In this document: one piece after another, positions 49,361-58,897 of the stretch
Position numbering within the stretch: the stretch's first letter is position 1
Layout of the letters: each line of letters starts with the position of its first letter
Translations under genes and position numbers: made by a program
Origin: Alphaproteobacteria bacterium
Lineage (GTDB): Bacteria; Pseudomonadota; Alphaproteobacteria; UBA8366
Length of the DNA stretch: 64,000 nucleotides
NCBI GenBank assembly: GCA_965228695.1
Contig: CBDDIB010000001.1
Location: forward strand, 373,893 to 437,892
Direction: 5' to 3'
The notes under the pieces: model-generated
Databases searched by the model: none
What the model saw: the letters and a program-made list of their open reading frames with translations, nothing else
What the model was told of the DNA's origin: nothing

Positions 49361-49669
49361 CTAACTGTCGCGCCGGTTCCAGACCAGGAACGCCGCCCCT
49401 TCCTCCTCGAACAGCGCCGCCCGGATTGGCTCGGGAAAGCTCGGGTCGTCGAGCTGGACGCTGAGATAGTCCCGTGGTTCGTCGCCGTTGGTCTTGGCCT
49501 TCCAGGCGGCGCCGAGCTCGGCACGACCGGCATAGACCCGGAAGTCCGGGGCACCTTCGCTCTTCTTCGCATCATTGGCGACGATCCTGGCCTTGACGTT
49601 GACCGTCAGGGTGCGGATCGTCCCTGTGTAGCCGTCCTTGCCGGTTGTAAAACTTCCGATCGTAGCCAT
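49361..49669 (-). CDS. DUF736 family protein
   Basis: MATIGSF..G.IRTL, APDFRV, GAAW, YLSVQLDDPSF. Confidence 0.9.
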   Translation of the reverse strand: MATIGSFTTGKDGYTGTIRTLTVNVKARIVANDAKKSEGAPDFRVYAGRAELGAAWKAKTNGDEPRDYLSVQLDDPSFPEPIRAALFEEEGAAFLVWNRRDS

Positions 49670-49672
49670 CGT

Positions 49673-49930
49673 TCACGTCTCCTTTGGTTGGGTTGTAGTT
49701 GAGGATGGGCGCGTGTCGGAAAGCTCTTTGCGCGCCCGCTTGAAGCCGGGATCGGCGTTGATGAACGCCTCCAGCATGAAAGGAATGAGGTCGGCGACAC
49801 TCTCCTTCTGGCCGTAGGCCCGGCGGTAGATTTCGGCATAATCGTTCAGCGCCGACTTCAGATCGGCGTCGGCGGTGAAGGTGATCTTCACCGCCTCGCG
49901 GTCGGGGAGCTTGTCGAGTTTCAGGGTCAT
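49673..49930 (-). CDS. DUF2274 family protein
   Basis: LKL.KLPDR..VKIT, L.DYA.IY..YG, LIP.ML..F..D..F. Confidence 0.88.
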   Translation of the reverse strand: MTLKLDKLPDREAVKITFTADADLKSALNDYAEIYRRAYGQKESVADLIPFMLEAFINADPGFKRARKELSDTRPSSTTTQPKET

Positions 49931-51246
49931 CGGATCACTCCCAGGTCGCGATAGGGCCGGAGCACCAGATCCTTGTTGACGATGATGCGGAGCGGCCAGC
50001 CGGGACGAATGGTGATGGTTGGCTGGATGTTGAGGTTGCGCTCGGTGATGCGCTGGCCGACCTGACTGGCGCTGTCTTGAGACGACTCGCGGATCGCCTC
50101 GACGAGGTCATCCTCTTCATCGCCAAACGTCAGCTCGGTGCCAACGCCAAGCAGGGTCGAGAGCACGATGCCTTTCAGGAGCCGCCAGGTGTGGAAATCG
50201 ACCTCGTCCTCGAGCCCGGCATAGCCGGCGGTGTCGGTCGCGGGCAGGTTTTCGATCACCATGGAGGAGCCGTCCGGCATGATGATCCGCTGCCAGACGA
50301 CAAGCGCGCGGTCCTGGCCAAAGGCGATGACGCTGTCGTAGGTGCCAATCAAACGCGACCCCTGCGGGATCAGCAGATAGCGGCCGGAGACCGTGTCGTA
50401 GATATTCTCCGTGATCTGAGCAGTGACGCGACCCGGCAGATCGGAGTTGATGCCGGTGAGAAGGCTGGCGGAAATGACCGTACCCGCCATCACCTGGTAA
50501 GGCGACGCCGGGTCCTGCAGCGCGTGCGGATTATAAATGTTCGCATCGACGCCCTGGTCGAGGAAGTCGAGCTTGCGGCCTTGCAGGTTCTGGTCGTTCT
50601 GGCGGTCAAGCACCAGCAGACCGCGTGGGTCACCGCCGCCGGCGACTTCAAAGGGATTGCGGTCGGCCGGCGCGGCGCCGGGCGCAGTGTGTATTCCCGC
50701 CCCCGAGACATCTGCCTGTGTGGCCTCGGCCGTGCCGGAGGTGAGCTGAAAGAATACGCCCGCTTCGCGGCCTTGTTGAGCGAGTCGAGCTTGGCGAATG
50801 CGTTCGGCGCGGGCCGCATCATCCTCCGGGCTCGGACGGAACGGCAGCGCCGGTGCCGGTTCGAGTCCCAAGTCCCGTTCGGCGCCGACAACGGCGGGCC
50901 CGATATCACCGGGCAGCGGCGGACCAAGCTGAACGGGTGGCCGCGGGATATCGCTGTAACGTCGCGGCAGGGCTTCGAGCCCATCGGGAGTCGGATTGTT
51001 GTCGGTCCGGTAGAGCTCACGCCCGTTATCGTTGCGGTCGAACAGACGCGGCGGATCGAGCGCGAAGATGGTCGCGCCGAGGATCAACAGCAGTCCGGTA
51101 CCGGAGAGAGCGATCAACACCCGCCGGTTGATCCGCGTGACCGGTCGTGGCGTGGCGCGCAACGCCAACTCTTCCGGATCGATCTTCGGGGCGGCCGAAG
51201 CCGGCGGTTCGGGACCCGACGGGTCGTCTCGGCGCTCATTCATCAT
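49927..51246 (-). CDS. trbI: conjugal transfer protein TrbI (VirB10)
   Basis: SPYQVMAGTVI.ASL.TGINSDLPG, IPQGSRLIG, NIQPTITIRPG. Confidence 0.95.
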   Translation of the reverse strand: MMNERRDDPSGPEPPASAAPKIDPEELALRATPRPVTRINRRVLIALSGTGLLLILGATIFALDPPRLFDRNDNGRELYRTDNNPTPDGLEALPRRYSDIPRPPVQLGPPLPGDIGPAVVGAERDLGLEPAPALPFRPSPEDDAARAERIRQARLAQQGREAGVFFQLTSGTAEATQADVSGAGIHTAPGAAPADRNPFEVAGGGDPRGLLVLDRQNDQNLQGRKLDFLDQGVDANIYNPHALQDPASPYQVMAGTVISASLLTGINSDLPGRVTAQITENIYDTVSGRYLLIPQGSRLIGTYDSVIAFGQDRALVVWQRIIMPDGSSMVIENLPATDTAGYAGLEDEVDFHTWRLLKGIVLSTLLGVGTELTFGDEEDDLVEAIRESSQDSASQVGQRITERNLNIQPTITIRPGWPLRIIVNKDLVLRPYRDLGVIR

Positions 51247-52295
51247 CGGCGATCACCCACGTCGAATACGTCTTTGTCACTCGCGCTCAAGGCGTGCGTT
51301 TGTTCACGGCTTGATACGGCCGGCCGGCCATCGGTGCGGGTGATGCGCACCACCAGCTGGGGATCCTCGCCAAGGCGGAGCTCGGCGGCGGCGAAGAGCC
51401 GGTCGACGATGTAAAAGCGGCCGCGGACCCGGTAGTTGACGAGCTGGTTCTCACCGTCCGGTCCGACAACGAAGAGCGGCGGCGCCTCGCCCTGGTCGAG
51501 ACGGGCTGGAAACTGGATGTAGACCTTGTGGGTGTCGTCGAAGACGCGCACCGGCCGCCAGGACGGCGTGTCGCCCCTGACGGCATAGCGGAAGCGCAGC
51601 TTGTCGATATCGAGCCCGCTGTCAATGACGCGCTCTGCGGCTTCCTCGGCCGCCGCGTTGCGGCGCGTGAGAGCGAGGAGTTCGTCGCGAGGATAGTGCC
51701 AGGAGACCGACGCCATATAGGTCTCGGGTGTGCTGGTGAGCTCCAGGTGATAGGCGCGCCGGTCGGTGATAATGACGAGGTTAGTCCGCAGATCCTCGGC
51801 GATGGGCTTTACCAGCACATGGGCGCGCGCGTTGTCCCCAGACCCGCTTACCGTGTCGCCGATCACCCAGCGGACGGTGTCGCCGGCCGAGACGGCGACG
51901 ATTTTTTCGCCGGGCTGGAGCGCGATGTCGCTGACATTCTCCGGCGCAGTGTAGAGCTGATAGAGCGCGCCTTCCGTATAGGGATAGACCTGGATGGCGT
52001 TGACGTAGCCGTCCGCTGTCGGCTCGACCTTGGCGGCTTCGTTCGCGTCGATAACTCGATCTTCCGGTGGTCGCTCATCTTCCCCGCGTGGCGCTAGCTC
52101 ACCGGGCAGCCGCTTCAACTGACCCGGCAAGGGGAGCGGCTCGGGTACGGTCACGACCTGGACGGGACGCGGCGGCTCGGCCGTCAGGGCGGCCGCGTTG
52201 AAGTCCTCTGCGTCATAACTGATCTCGAGCGGTAATTGCTTGGTAGCGCAGGCAGCCAGAAAGACGGGCACTGCGAGGATGAGTAGTTTCTTCAT
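51243..52295 (-). CDS. trbG: conjugal transfer protein TrbG (VirB9)
   Basis: Lipobox LAAC, NAIQVYPY.EGALYQ, AGDTVRW, TNL.I.TDRR.Y, VNYRV. Confidence 0.95.
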   Translation of the reverse strand: MKKLLILAVPVFLAACATKQLPLEISYDAEDFNAAALTAEPPRPVQVVTVPEPLPLPGQLKRLPGELAPRGEDERPPEDRVIDANEAAKVEPTADGYVNAIQVYPYTEGALYQLYTAPENVSDIALQPGEKIVAVSAGDTVRWVIGDTVSGSGDNARAHVLVKPIAEDLRTNLVIITDRRAYHLELTSTPETYMASVSWHYPRDELLALTRRNAAAEEAAERVIDSGLDIDKLRFRYAVRGDTPSWRPVRVFDDTHKVYIQFPARLDQGEAPPLFVVGPDGENQLVNYRVRGRFYIVDRLFAAAELRLGEDPQLVVRITRTDGRPAVSSREQTHALSASDKDVFDVGDRR

Positions 52296-52987
52296 GGGGT
52301 ATCTCCCGAGATGAGGTCGCGGCTCCAATTGAGCGCGTGGACGTAAATGCCGAGCGGGTTCTTCCTGAGAACCTCTTCGTTGCGCGGGCGCTGGAGCACG
52401 ATGGAGAGGACGGCGGTGTAACGGGTGGTGTCGGCGAGGACCCCGTTTTCGAAAGACTGCTCGCGCCAGCGCACATCGAAGCTGTCGCCGGATGATCGCA
52501 CGACACTGGTCACCTCGACGGTGATAGTGCGCTGACCGACCCGGGAGAACGGATCGTTCTCACGCGCATAGTCGTTGAGGCTGTTGGCAGCGCGGTCGGT
52601 GGCGTAGTCGTAGGCGCGCAGCCAGTTCTGCCGCACGACGATCGGGTCGATCGAGAGCGAGCGGACATTCTCGATGAAACGCGCCAGATGATAGGCGACC
52701 TGCGCGTCGGTCGGCTCATAGGCGGCAATCGCCGGGCCGACAGCACGGGTCTGCCCAAGCGTGTCAATCTCGACGACATAGGGCGTGATGGTGCTGCGCC
52801 CGGCTTGCCAGACGACGCCCCCCGACAAACCGATGGCGAGCGCCAGGCAGCCAAAGGCCATGAAGCGCCAATTGCGCGCCTGGACGCGCGCCGAGCCGAT
52901 GCGCTCGTCCCAGACCTGGGCCGCCTTCTGATAGGGCGTCACCGGCTCGGGGGTTTCGCCATAGGTCGTGGTCGGTCGTTTGAACAT
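52292..52987 (-). CDS. trbF: conjugal transfer protein TrbF (VirB8)
   Basis: TPYQKAAQVWDERIGSARVQA.NW, NPLGIYV. Confidence 0.95.
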   Translation of the reverse strand: MFKRPTTTYGETPEPVTPYQKAAQVWDERIGSARVQARNWRFMAFGCLALAIGLSGGVVWQAGRSTITPYVVEIDTLGQTRAVGPAIAAYEPTDAQVAYHLARFIENVRSLSIDPIVVRQNWLRAYDYATDRAANSLNDYARENDPFSRVGQRTITVEVTSVVRSSGDSFDVRWREQSFENGVLADTTRYTAVLSIVLQRPRNEEVLRKNPLGIYVHALNWSRDLISGDTP

Positions 52988-52997
52988 CAATCGTCCC

Positions 52998-54332
52998 TCA
53001 GTCATCGTCTCTTAGTCGGGGATTTTCGCCGGAGGCCGGGCGGTCGCCATCGCGGATCGTGTGGGCCGTCACGGTCGCGCCTTCACGCAGCCGCTGTTCT
53101 CGCCGCAGCTTGTGCGCCCAGTCGGGCGCGCTGCTTGCCGCGGCCGCGGCGCCGGTCGACGCCTCACCGCCGCTGGGACGCGTACCGCCCGTCGCGGTGA
53201 AAGCGCCGCGCTGACCGTCTGCAAAAGATTGCCGCGCGCCCGATGTCGCGCGTCCCGCAACGCTGCGAACGCCCTGACCGACAGCACCGGCGCCGGCGCG
53301 GGCGACGCCGGCCGCCCCCGCCGCAACGCCTGCCGCGCCAGAGGCGCCGGAGGTCGCGCGCGCCAAGCTGTAGGCACCGCTCGCCCCGCCAGCCATGGAC
53401 GATGCCGCGCGGGTCGCAGCGCCTGCGCCTACACCGAGAGCCCGCGCACCGCCCATCGCTACGCCGGCCGCTGCCGCCCCTCCTATGGCGAGCCCGGCGG
53501 CGGAACCGACCGCGGCGCCCGCGCCGAGTTGCGGCGCACCGGAGACCAGGCCGGCGGCGATGCCAGGTCCGAAGATGCCAAGCATGAAAATCGCCAGCGC
53601 GCCGAGGACGGTCGAGAGCGCCTGTTCGATGGTGATCTCGTCGCCCGCAAAGGACGCGGCGAACGATCCGAACAGCGTGGAGCCAATGCCGACGATGACG
53701 GCGAGCACCATCAGCTTGATGCCGGCCGCGACCACGTTGCCGAGCACCCGCTCCGCAAGAAACGCCGTCTTGCCCCAGAGCGCGAAGGGAACGAGGACGA
53801 AGCCCGCGAGTGTCGTCAGCTTGAACTCGAGAATGGTGATGAAGAGCTGGATGGCGAGAATGAAGAAAGCGAGCAGCACGATGATCCACGCCACCATCAG
53901 CACCGCGATCTGAACGAAGTTCTCGAAGAAGGCGATCGGCCCGATTAGCTCTTTCATCTCTCTCAGAAGCGGATCGGCGGCGACAAAGCCCGTGTTGGCG
54001 ACGAAGCCCGGCCGCATCAGGTCGTCGGCCGTGATCGGAGAATTGCTCGCCCGCAACCCTAGTCCCGCAAACGAGTCAAAGATGACATCGGCGAGGAAGG
54101 AGAAGTTGTTCAGGATGAACGCGAAGGCGCCGACATAGAGCACCTTCTTGATGAGAGCGGGAATAACCGACTTGTCGTCGGAGAGTGCCCAGAACAAGCC
54201 GGCGAGCGTGATGTCGATGCCGATCAGGATCGTCGTCAGGAACGCAACGTCCGGCCCGAGGAATCCGAAGCCGGAGTCGATGTATCTGACGAAAGTCTCC
54301 GTGAACTGATCGATGACGCCGACATCATCCAT
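52998..54332 (-). CDS. trbL: conjugal transfer protein TrbL (VirB6)
   Basis: YIDSGFG, EFKLTTLAGF, GLVSGAPQLG, Ala/Gly-rich tail. Confidence 0.95.
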   Translation of the reverse strand: MDDVGVIDQFTETFVRYIDSGFGFLGPDVAFLTTILIGIDITLAGLFWALSDDKSVIPALIKKVLYVGAFAFILNNFSFLADVIFDSFAGLGLRASNSPITADDLMRPGFVANTGFVAADPLLREMKELIGPIAFFENFVQIAVLMVAWIIVLLAFFILAIQLFITILEFKLTTLAGFVLVPFALWGKTAFLAERVLGNVVAAGIKLMVLAVIVGIGSTLFGSFAASFAGDEITIEQALSTVLGALAIFMLGIFGPGIAAGLVSGAPQLGAGAAVGSAAGLAIGGAAAAGVAMGGARALGVGAGAATRAASSMAGGASGAYSLARATSGASGAAGVAAGAAGVARAGAGAVGQGVRSVAGRATSGARQSFADGQRGAFTATGGTRPSGGEASTGAAAAASSAPDWAHKLRREQRLREGATVTAHTIRDGDRPASGENPRLRDDD

Positions 54333-54350
54333 TGCGCGTATCCCTAAGCC

Positions 54351-55076
54351 CTAGCGGCTGTAGCTGCTGCCATCGCCCATGAAGCGCGCGAAGCGAGCGC
54401 GGGCCTGTTCGCGGGCGGCAATGGCGCTAGCGCTCTCCAGCGCGTCGGCACGGGCGGAGGCGGCAAGCAAGCTCTGGAGCTGCATCGATTGCTTCGCGGC
54501 CAGCGCGGTCAGTTGATTGCCGGCCTGAACCGCCTGCAGATTGCCGACCGCGCCCTGGCTCTCGGCGACCAGCCGGTCGAGGACGAAAGTGTCGGTGCGC
54601 ACCTGGCCCACCACCTCCGCCTGGACTTCGAGGCTGTGCTGGAACCCGCCGCGCGCGAGCCGCCATGCCTCCTGCGCGTCCTGGACGATCTGGGAGTTGG
54701 AGACGGCCGCGTCATACTCTTCGGGAAACAGCCGGCGATAAGTGCTGTCGATAGCCGAGACCTGATAGGCGATGCCTTGCGCGTTCCGGATCAACGTATC
54801 GACCTGGCGCAAGGAGGCTTGCAGGTCCCCGGCCACCGAGGTCGGCAGGCTGGCGAGGTTCTGCGCCTGGTTGACCAGCATCTGCGCCTCGTTGGCGAGC
54901 TGATTGATCTGGTTGTTGATCTGGATGAGCGCGCGGACCGCCTGCATGAGATTCTGCCCGAAATTAGCGCCGTCGAAGACGGCGATTGCCTGCGCGGGCG
55001 GTACCGTCACGTTCATACCCGCCAAACCGAGCGCCAATGCGGCGCAGGCGGAGAGAAGTTTCCTTTTGGGAGTCAT
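54351..55076 (-). CDS. trbJ: conjugal transfer protein TrbJ (VirB5)
   Basis: VFD..N..QN, QINNQI..L.NEAQML.NQ, SQGAVGNLQA.QAGNQL. Confidence 0.93.
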   Translation of the reverse strand: MTPKRKLLSACAALALGLAGMNVTVPPAQAIAVFDGANFGQNLMQAVRALIQINNQINQLANEAQMLVNQAQNLASLPTSVAGDLQASLRQVDTLIRNAQGIAYQVSAIDSTYRRLFPEEYDAAVSNSQIVQDAQEAWRLARGGFQHSLEVQAEVVGQVRTDTFVLDRLVAESQGAVGNLQAVQAGNQLTALAAKQSMQLQSLLAASARADALESASAIAAREQARARFARFMGDGSSYSR

Positions 55077-55780
55077 CGTCCGTGGTCCTCCGTGTTGTCC
55101 CACGTCCAGCTCTCCCGGCCGTTGGCCAGGATCTCGACGCGGTAGTGGTAGGTGTTAAATTCACTGATGGCGGCGACGGAAGCACCGAAGGGTCTCACAC
55201 GGCCGGTTCCGAAGCCGTCATAAACGCCGTAGAAATGGCCATCGGCGTAGGTATCACCGAAGACGTAGCCGTCGGTGAAGTCGAGCGCGACGCCGCCATA
55301 GGCGACTTCGCTCACATCCGCGCTCAGTCCGATACGGGCGTGGCAACCTTCAAAGGTCGCGGATGCTATCCCGCCATAGCCGCGCTGCAGGATGGCGCCG
55401 TCGCCCGGCCGGTTGGCCGCGGCGATCTCCGGAAAGTCGGTTTCGCCGCAATGGCCGCCGATCGAGGCGACGCGGATTTCGTCCACATCCGGATGAAGCG
55501 GAATGCAGAGCGATCCGCGCGCGGTCGCAGCCTCGTCGTCGAGCCATTGGCGAATGGTCTCGCGGGCGTCGCGCTTATTCCAGATATGCTCCCACGCCCC
55601 GCTGCAGGAGCGCGACACGGAAAGCCGCGCGTCGCCCCTGACGGTCATGACAGTCAAGAAAAAGCCGGGGCAATCGTCATCCCGCCAACAGTGCGGCCAA
55701 CTCTCCTCAGCCATCGCCGGCGGCGCGGCCAGCACGACGGCGAGCGCGACCGCGCCCACCATCTCAAGCGGTGGTTTCAT
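55073..55780 (-). CDS. hypothetical secreted Cys-rich protein inside trb operon
   Basis: Signal peptide ..PPAMA, six Cys; overlaps trbE stop and trbJ start. Confidence 0.7.
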   Translation of the reverse strand: MKPPLEMVGAVALAVVLAAPPAMAEESWPHCWRDDDCPGFFLTVMTVRGDARLSVSRSCSGAWEHIWNKRDARETIRQWLDDEAATARGSLCIPLHPDVDEIRVASIGGHCGETDFPEIAAANRPGDGAILQRGYGGIASATFEGCHARIGLSADVSEVAYGGVALDFTDGYVFGDTYADGHFYGVYDGFGTGRVRPFGASVAAISEFNTYHYRVEILANGRESWTWDNTEDHGR

Positions 55781-58253
55781 GAAAGGTCTCCTTTGTCTGC
55801 TCGGTGATGTGCTGAAGTTCATCGGGCACGATTAGGTCGGCGGCCCAATCGAGGCCCTTGGCGCGCAGCCATGAGTCCGCGAACTCGTCTTCGCCGTGGG
55901 CGGCGATCAGCTCGGTCATCAAGGCTTGGTCGGGCTTGGTGCTGGCGCCGGTGAAGGCGAGCGCGACGGGTCCGAGACCGAGCTCGAACAGCCGATTGCC
56001 CTTTCGCGACTGGAAGTAGTAGTCACGCTTTTCCACGGCGCTGGCGATGATCTCGATCTGGCGGTTATTGAGCCCGAAGGCTTCGTAAACCGCCTTCGCC
56101 TGCGGTTCGATCGCCCGGTCGTTCGGCAGAAATATCCGGCTGGGGCAGCTCTCGATGATCGCCGGCGCGATGGAACTGCCGGCGATGTCCGACAGGCCTT
56201 GCGTCGCGAAGACCACGGAGACGTTCTGCTTACGGAGCGTCTTCAGCCATTCACGGATGCGCGCGGCAAACGCCGGGTTGTCGAGAAAGAGCCAGGCCTC
56301 ATCGAGGATCAGAAGCGACGGCCGCCCGTCGAAACGGTCTTCGAGACGGTGAAAGAGATAGGTCAGCACCGGCAGCACCGCGCCGGTCTCGTGCATCAGC
56401 TCTTCCATCTCGAAGCACTGGACGGCACTCAGCTTGAGCCGGTCGTCATCGGCGTCGAGCAGCCGGCCGTATGGGCCTTCGAGCGTGTAGGGCTGAAGCG
56501 CCTGGCGTAGCTCGCTTCGTTGCAGAAGAGTCGCGAGGCCGGTCAGCGTGCGTTCGGGCTGCGGCGCGGCGGCGAGATTCGACAGTGCCGACCAGACCGC
56601 ATCCTTGACTTCCGGCGTGACCGCGACGCCTTCGTGGGCGAGAAGCCCGAGCACCCAGTCTTGCGCGAAGGACTGCTCCGCCGTCAGATCGATCCTGGCG
56701 AGCGGCTGGAAGGCGAGCGCGTCCTTAACACCTTCCGTAGCGGCGCCTAGATCGAACCAGTCGCCGCCCATGCCGAGAACCGCGGCACGCGCCGAACAGC
56801 CCTTGTCGAACAGGGTGATCTGCGCGTCCGGGTAACGCCGAAACTGTAGCGCGATCATCGACAGCAGCACTGATTTGCCGGCGCCGGTCGGGCCGACCAC
56901 CAGCGTATGGCCGACATCGCCGATATGGGTGACCAGCCGAAACGGCGTGGTGCCGTTCGTCCGCACCGTGAGGAGCGGTGGACCGTCCAGATGGTCGTTG
57001 CGCGCCGGCCCAGCCCAAGTAGCGGAGAGCGGCATGAGATGGGCGAGATTGAGCGTGTTGATCGGCGCCTGTCGGACATTGGCGTAGACGTGGCCGGGCA
57101 GCGACGACAACCAGGCTTCGACCGCGTTGGCGCTCTCCTCGATGGTCGCGAAGCCGCGCCCGTCAATGACGCGCTGGACGGCGCGCACTTTCTCGCGGAC
57201 GGCGCCCGCATCTTTGTCCCAGACAATGAAGGTGGTCGTGACATAGCCGTAGGCGACCAGATCGGCGCCGAGCTCCTGGAGCGCCATGTCGGCGTCTTCG
57301 GTCTTGTTGTCGGCGTCCGTATCGACAAGCACCGACTGTTCGTTGGTCATTACCTCCTTGATGATGGCGGCGATCGATTTGCGCTTGGCGAACCATTGCC
57401 GTCGAAAGCGCTTGATCACCTTCTCTGCCGCTGCCTTGTCGAGCGGCAGGAAGCGCGTCATCCAGCGGTACTCGAAACCGAGATGATTGAGGGCGTCGAG
57501 CAGCCCCGGCGTGGTCGAACCCGGAAAGCCGAGCACGGTCAGGGCGCGCAGGTGGGCGTCGCCCAGCATCGGCGCCAACCCGCCGGTCAGCGAGGTGTCG
57601 ACCAGGACCGCATCGAGATAGACAGGAATCTCGGGCGCCACGATCGGATGCCGATTGTTCGAGATGCAGTTGTGCAGATAGGTCAGCGTTTCTTCATCGG
57701 AGAGCGGCGCGACCTCCGGCATGAGCTGACCCAGGAGATCGAGCGCTCGATCCGTCTGCTGAACGAAGGCGTCGAGATGGTCGCGGTAGTCGGAACCGGG
57801 CCGGCCCCGACCCGGACGTGTGTCCCCGCCTTCAACCAGCATGCCTTCCATGCGGCCGATGTTTTCGGCAGGCGGCAGATAGACGAAGGTCAGCACGTAG
57901 GCGCTCTCGAAAAGCACACTCGACTCCTCGAACGCCGCACGTCGTTCTTCGTCCACGAGCAGCGAGACCGGATCAGGAAAGTCGGACGCCGGATAATCGC
58001 GCGCGGCGTGGCGTTCGGCCTCGAAGAACAACGCCCAGTTCGAGCCGAAGCGGCGCAGCACGTTGTTGATCCGCGCGCAGGTGCCGATAAGCTCGGCTTC
58101 GGTGGCGCTCTCGAGGTCGGGACCGCGGAAGCGCGCCGAGCGCTGGAAGCTGCCGTCCTTGTTGAGAACGACGCCCGGCGCCACGAGGCAGGCCCAGGGC
58201 AGATAGTCGGCCAGCAGCGCCGGGCGCTTTCTATATTCGGCCAAGCTCAACAT
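55764..58253 (-). CDS. trbE: conjugal transfer ATPase TrbE (VirB4)
   Basis: LADYLPW..NKDGSFQ, GPTGAGKS, LDEAW, FATQ. Confidence 0.95.
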   Translation of the reverse strand: MLSLAEYRKRPALLADYLPWACLVAPGVVLNKDGSFQRSARFRGPDLESATEAELIGTCARINNVLRRFGSNWALFFEAERHAARDYPASDFPDPVSLLVDEERRAAFEESSVLFESAYVLTFVYLPPAENIGRMEGMLVEGGDTRPGRGRPGSDYRDHLDAFVQQTDRALDLLGQLMPEVAPLSDEETLTYLHNCISNNRHPIVAPEIPVYLDAVLVDTSLTGGLAPMLGDAHLRALTVLGFPGSTTPGLLDALNHLGFEYRWMTRFLPLDKAAAEKVIKRFRRQWFAKRKSIAAIIKEVMTNEQSVLVDTDADNKTEDADMALQELGADLVAYGYVTTTFIVWDKDAGAVREKVRAVQRVIDGRGFATIEESANAVEAWLSSLPGHVYANVRQAPINTLNLAHLMPLSATWAGPARNDHLDGPPLLTVRTNGTTPFRLVTHIGDVGHTLVVGPTGAGKSVLLSMIALQFRRYPDAQITLFDKGCSARAAVLGMGGDWFDLGAATEGVKDALAFQPLARIDLTAEQSFAQDWVLGLLAHEGVAVTPEVKDAVWSALSNLAAAPQPERTLTGLATLLQRSELRQALQPYTLEGPYGRLLDADDDRLKLSAVQCFEMEELMHETGAVLPVLTYLFHRLEDRFDGRPSLLILDEAWLFLDNPAFAARIREWLKTLRKQNVSVVFATQGLSDIAGSSIAPAIIESCPSRIFLPNDRAIEPQAKAVYEAFGLNNRQIEIIASAVEKRDYYFQSRKGNRLFELGLGPVALAFTGASTKPDQALMTELIAAHGEDEFADSWLRAKGLDWAADLIVPDELQHITEQTKETFHETTA

Positions 58254-58534
58254 CCGAGATGCCCCTTGTGGCGAATGTGCCGGACCAGCACTTCCATGAA
58301 GCTCGGGTCTTTCTTGGCGGCATAGACAGCAGCGCCATGGCCGACGATCCACACGATGAGTCCCGCCAGCCAGAGCTGAAGACCCAAGCCCAACGCGGCG
58401 GCGAGCGTGCCGTTGAAGATTGCCACTCCCCGCGGCGCACCGCCCATCAGGATCGGTTCGGTCAGCGCCCGGTGCAGCGGGATCTCGAAGCCCTCGATGT
58501 GACCGGCAACGCTCATGCGATGAGAGCCCGTCAT
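58247..58534 (-). CDS. trbD: conjugal transfer protein TrbD (VirB3)
   Basis: PLHRALTEPILMGGAPR, KKDP.F. Confidence 0.92.
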   Translation of the reverse strand: MTGSHRMSVAGHIEGFEIPLHRALTEPILMGGAPRGVAIFNGTLAAALGLGLQLWLAGLIVWIVGHGAAVYAAKKDPSFMEVLVRHIRHKGHLGC

Positions 58535-58881
58535 GCTATGACCGCTCCGCCGCCGAAGGAGAAGAAGGACAGGAAGAAGCTCGTTGCGGCAAAGGCGATG
58601 GAGAGCCCGAAGACGATCTGGATCAGTCGCCGGAACCCACCGCTCGACTCACCGAAGGCGAGCGACAGACCGGTGATGACGATGACGATCACGGCGATGA
58701 TGCGGGCGACGGGACCTTCGATCGATTCCAGGATCGCCGTAAGCGGCGCCTCCCAGGGCATGCCGGAGCCGGCCGCATGGGCGGGATCGGCGCCGGCAAC
58801 CACGGTGCCAATCAGAAGACCGAGACAGGCTGCCTGCCGGGCGGAAAAGCAGAAGCGAAGATCGGAGGCGATTGGATTCAT
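58531..58881 (-). CDS. trbC: pilin TrbC (VirB2)
   Basis: GSGMPWEAPL..IL.SIEGPVA, FGLSIAFAA.SF. Confidence 0.93.
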   Translation of the reverse strand: MNPIASDLRFCFSARQAACLGLLIGTVVAGADPAHAAGSGMPWEAPLTAILESIEGPVARIIAVIVIVITGLSLAFGESSGGFRRLIQIVFGLSIAFAATSFFLSFFSFGGGAVIA

Positions 58882-58897
58882 GGGCGTCTCCTTGAAA

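Noticed and set aside
53000-53560. Low-complexity Ala/Gly repeat region
   Set aside because: Normal feature of TrbL C-terminal tails
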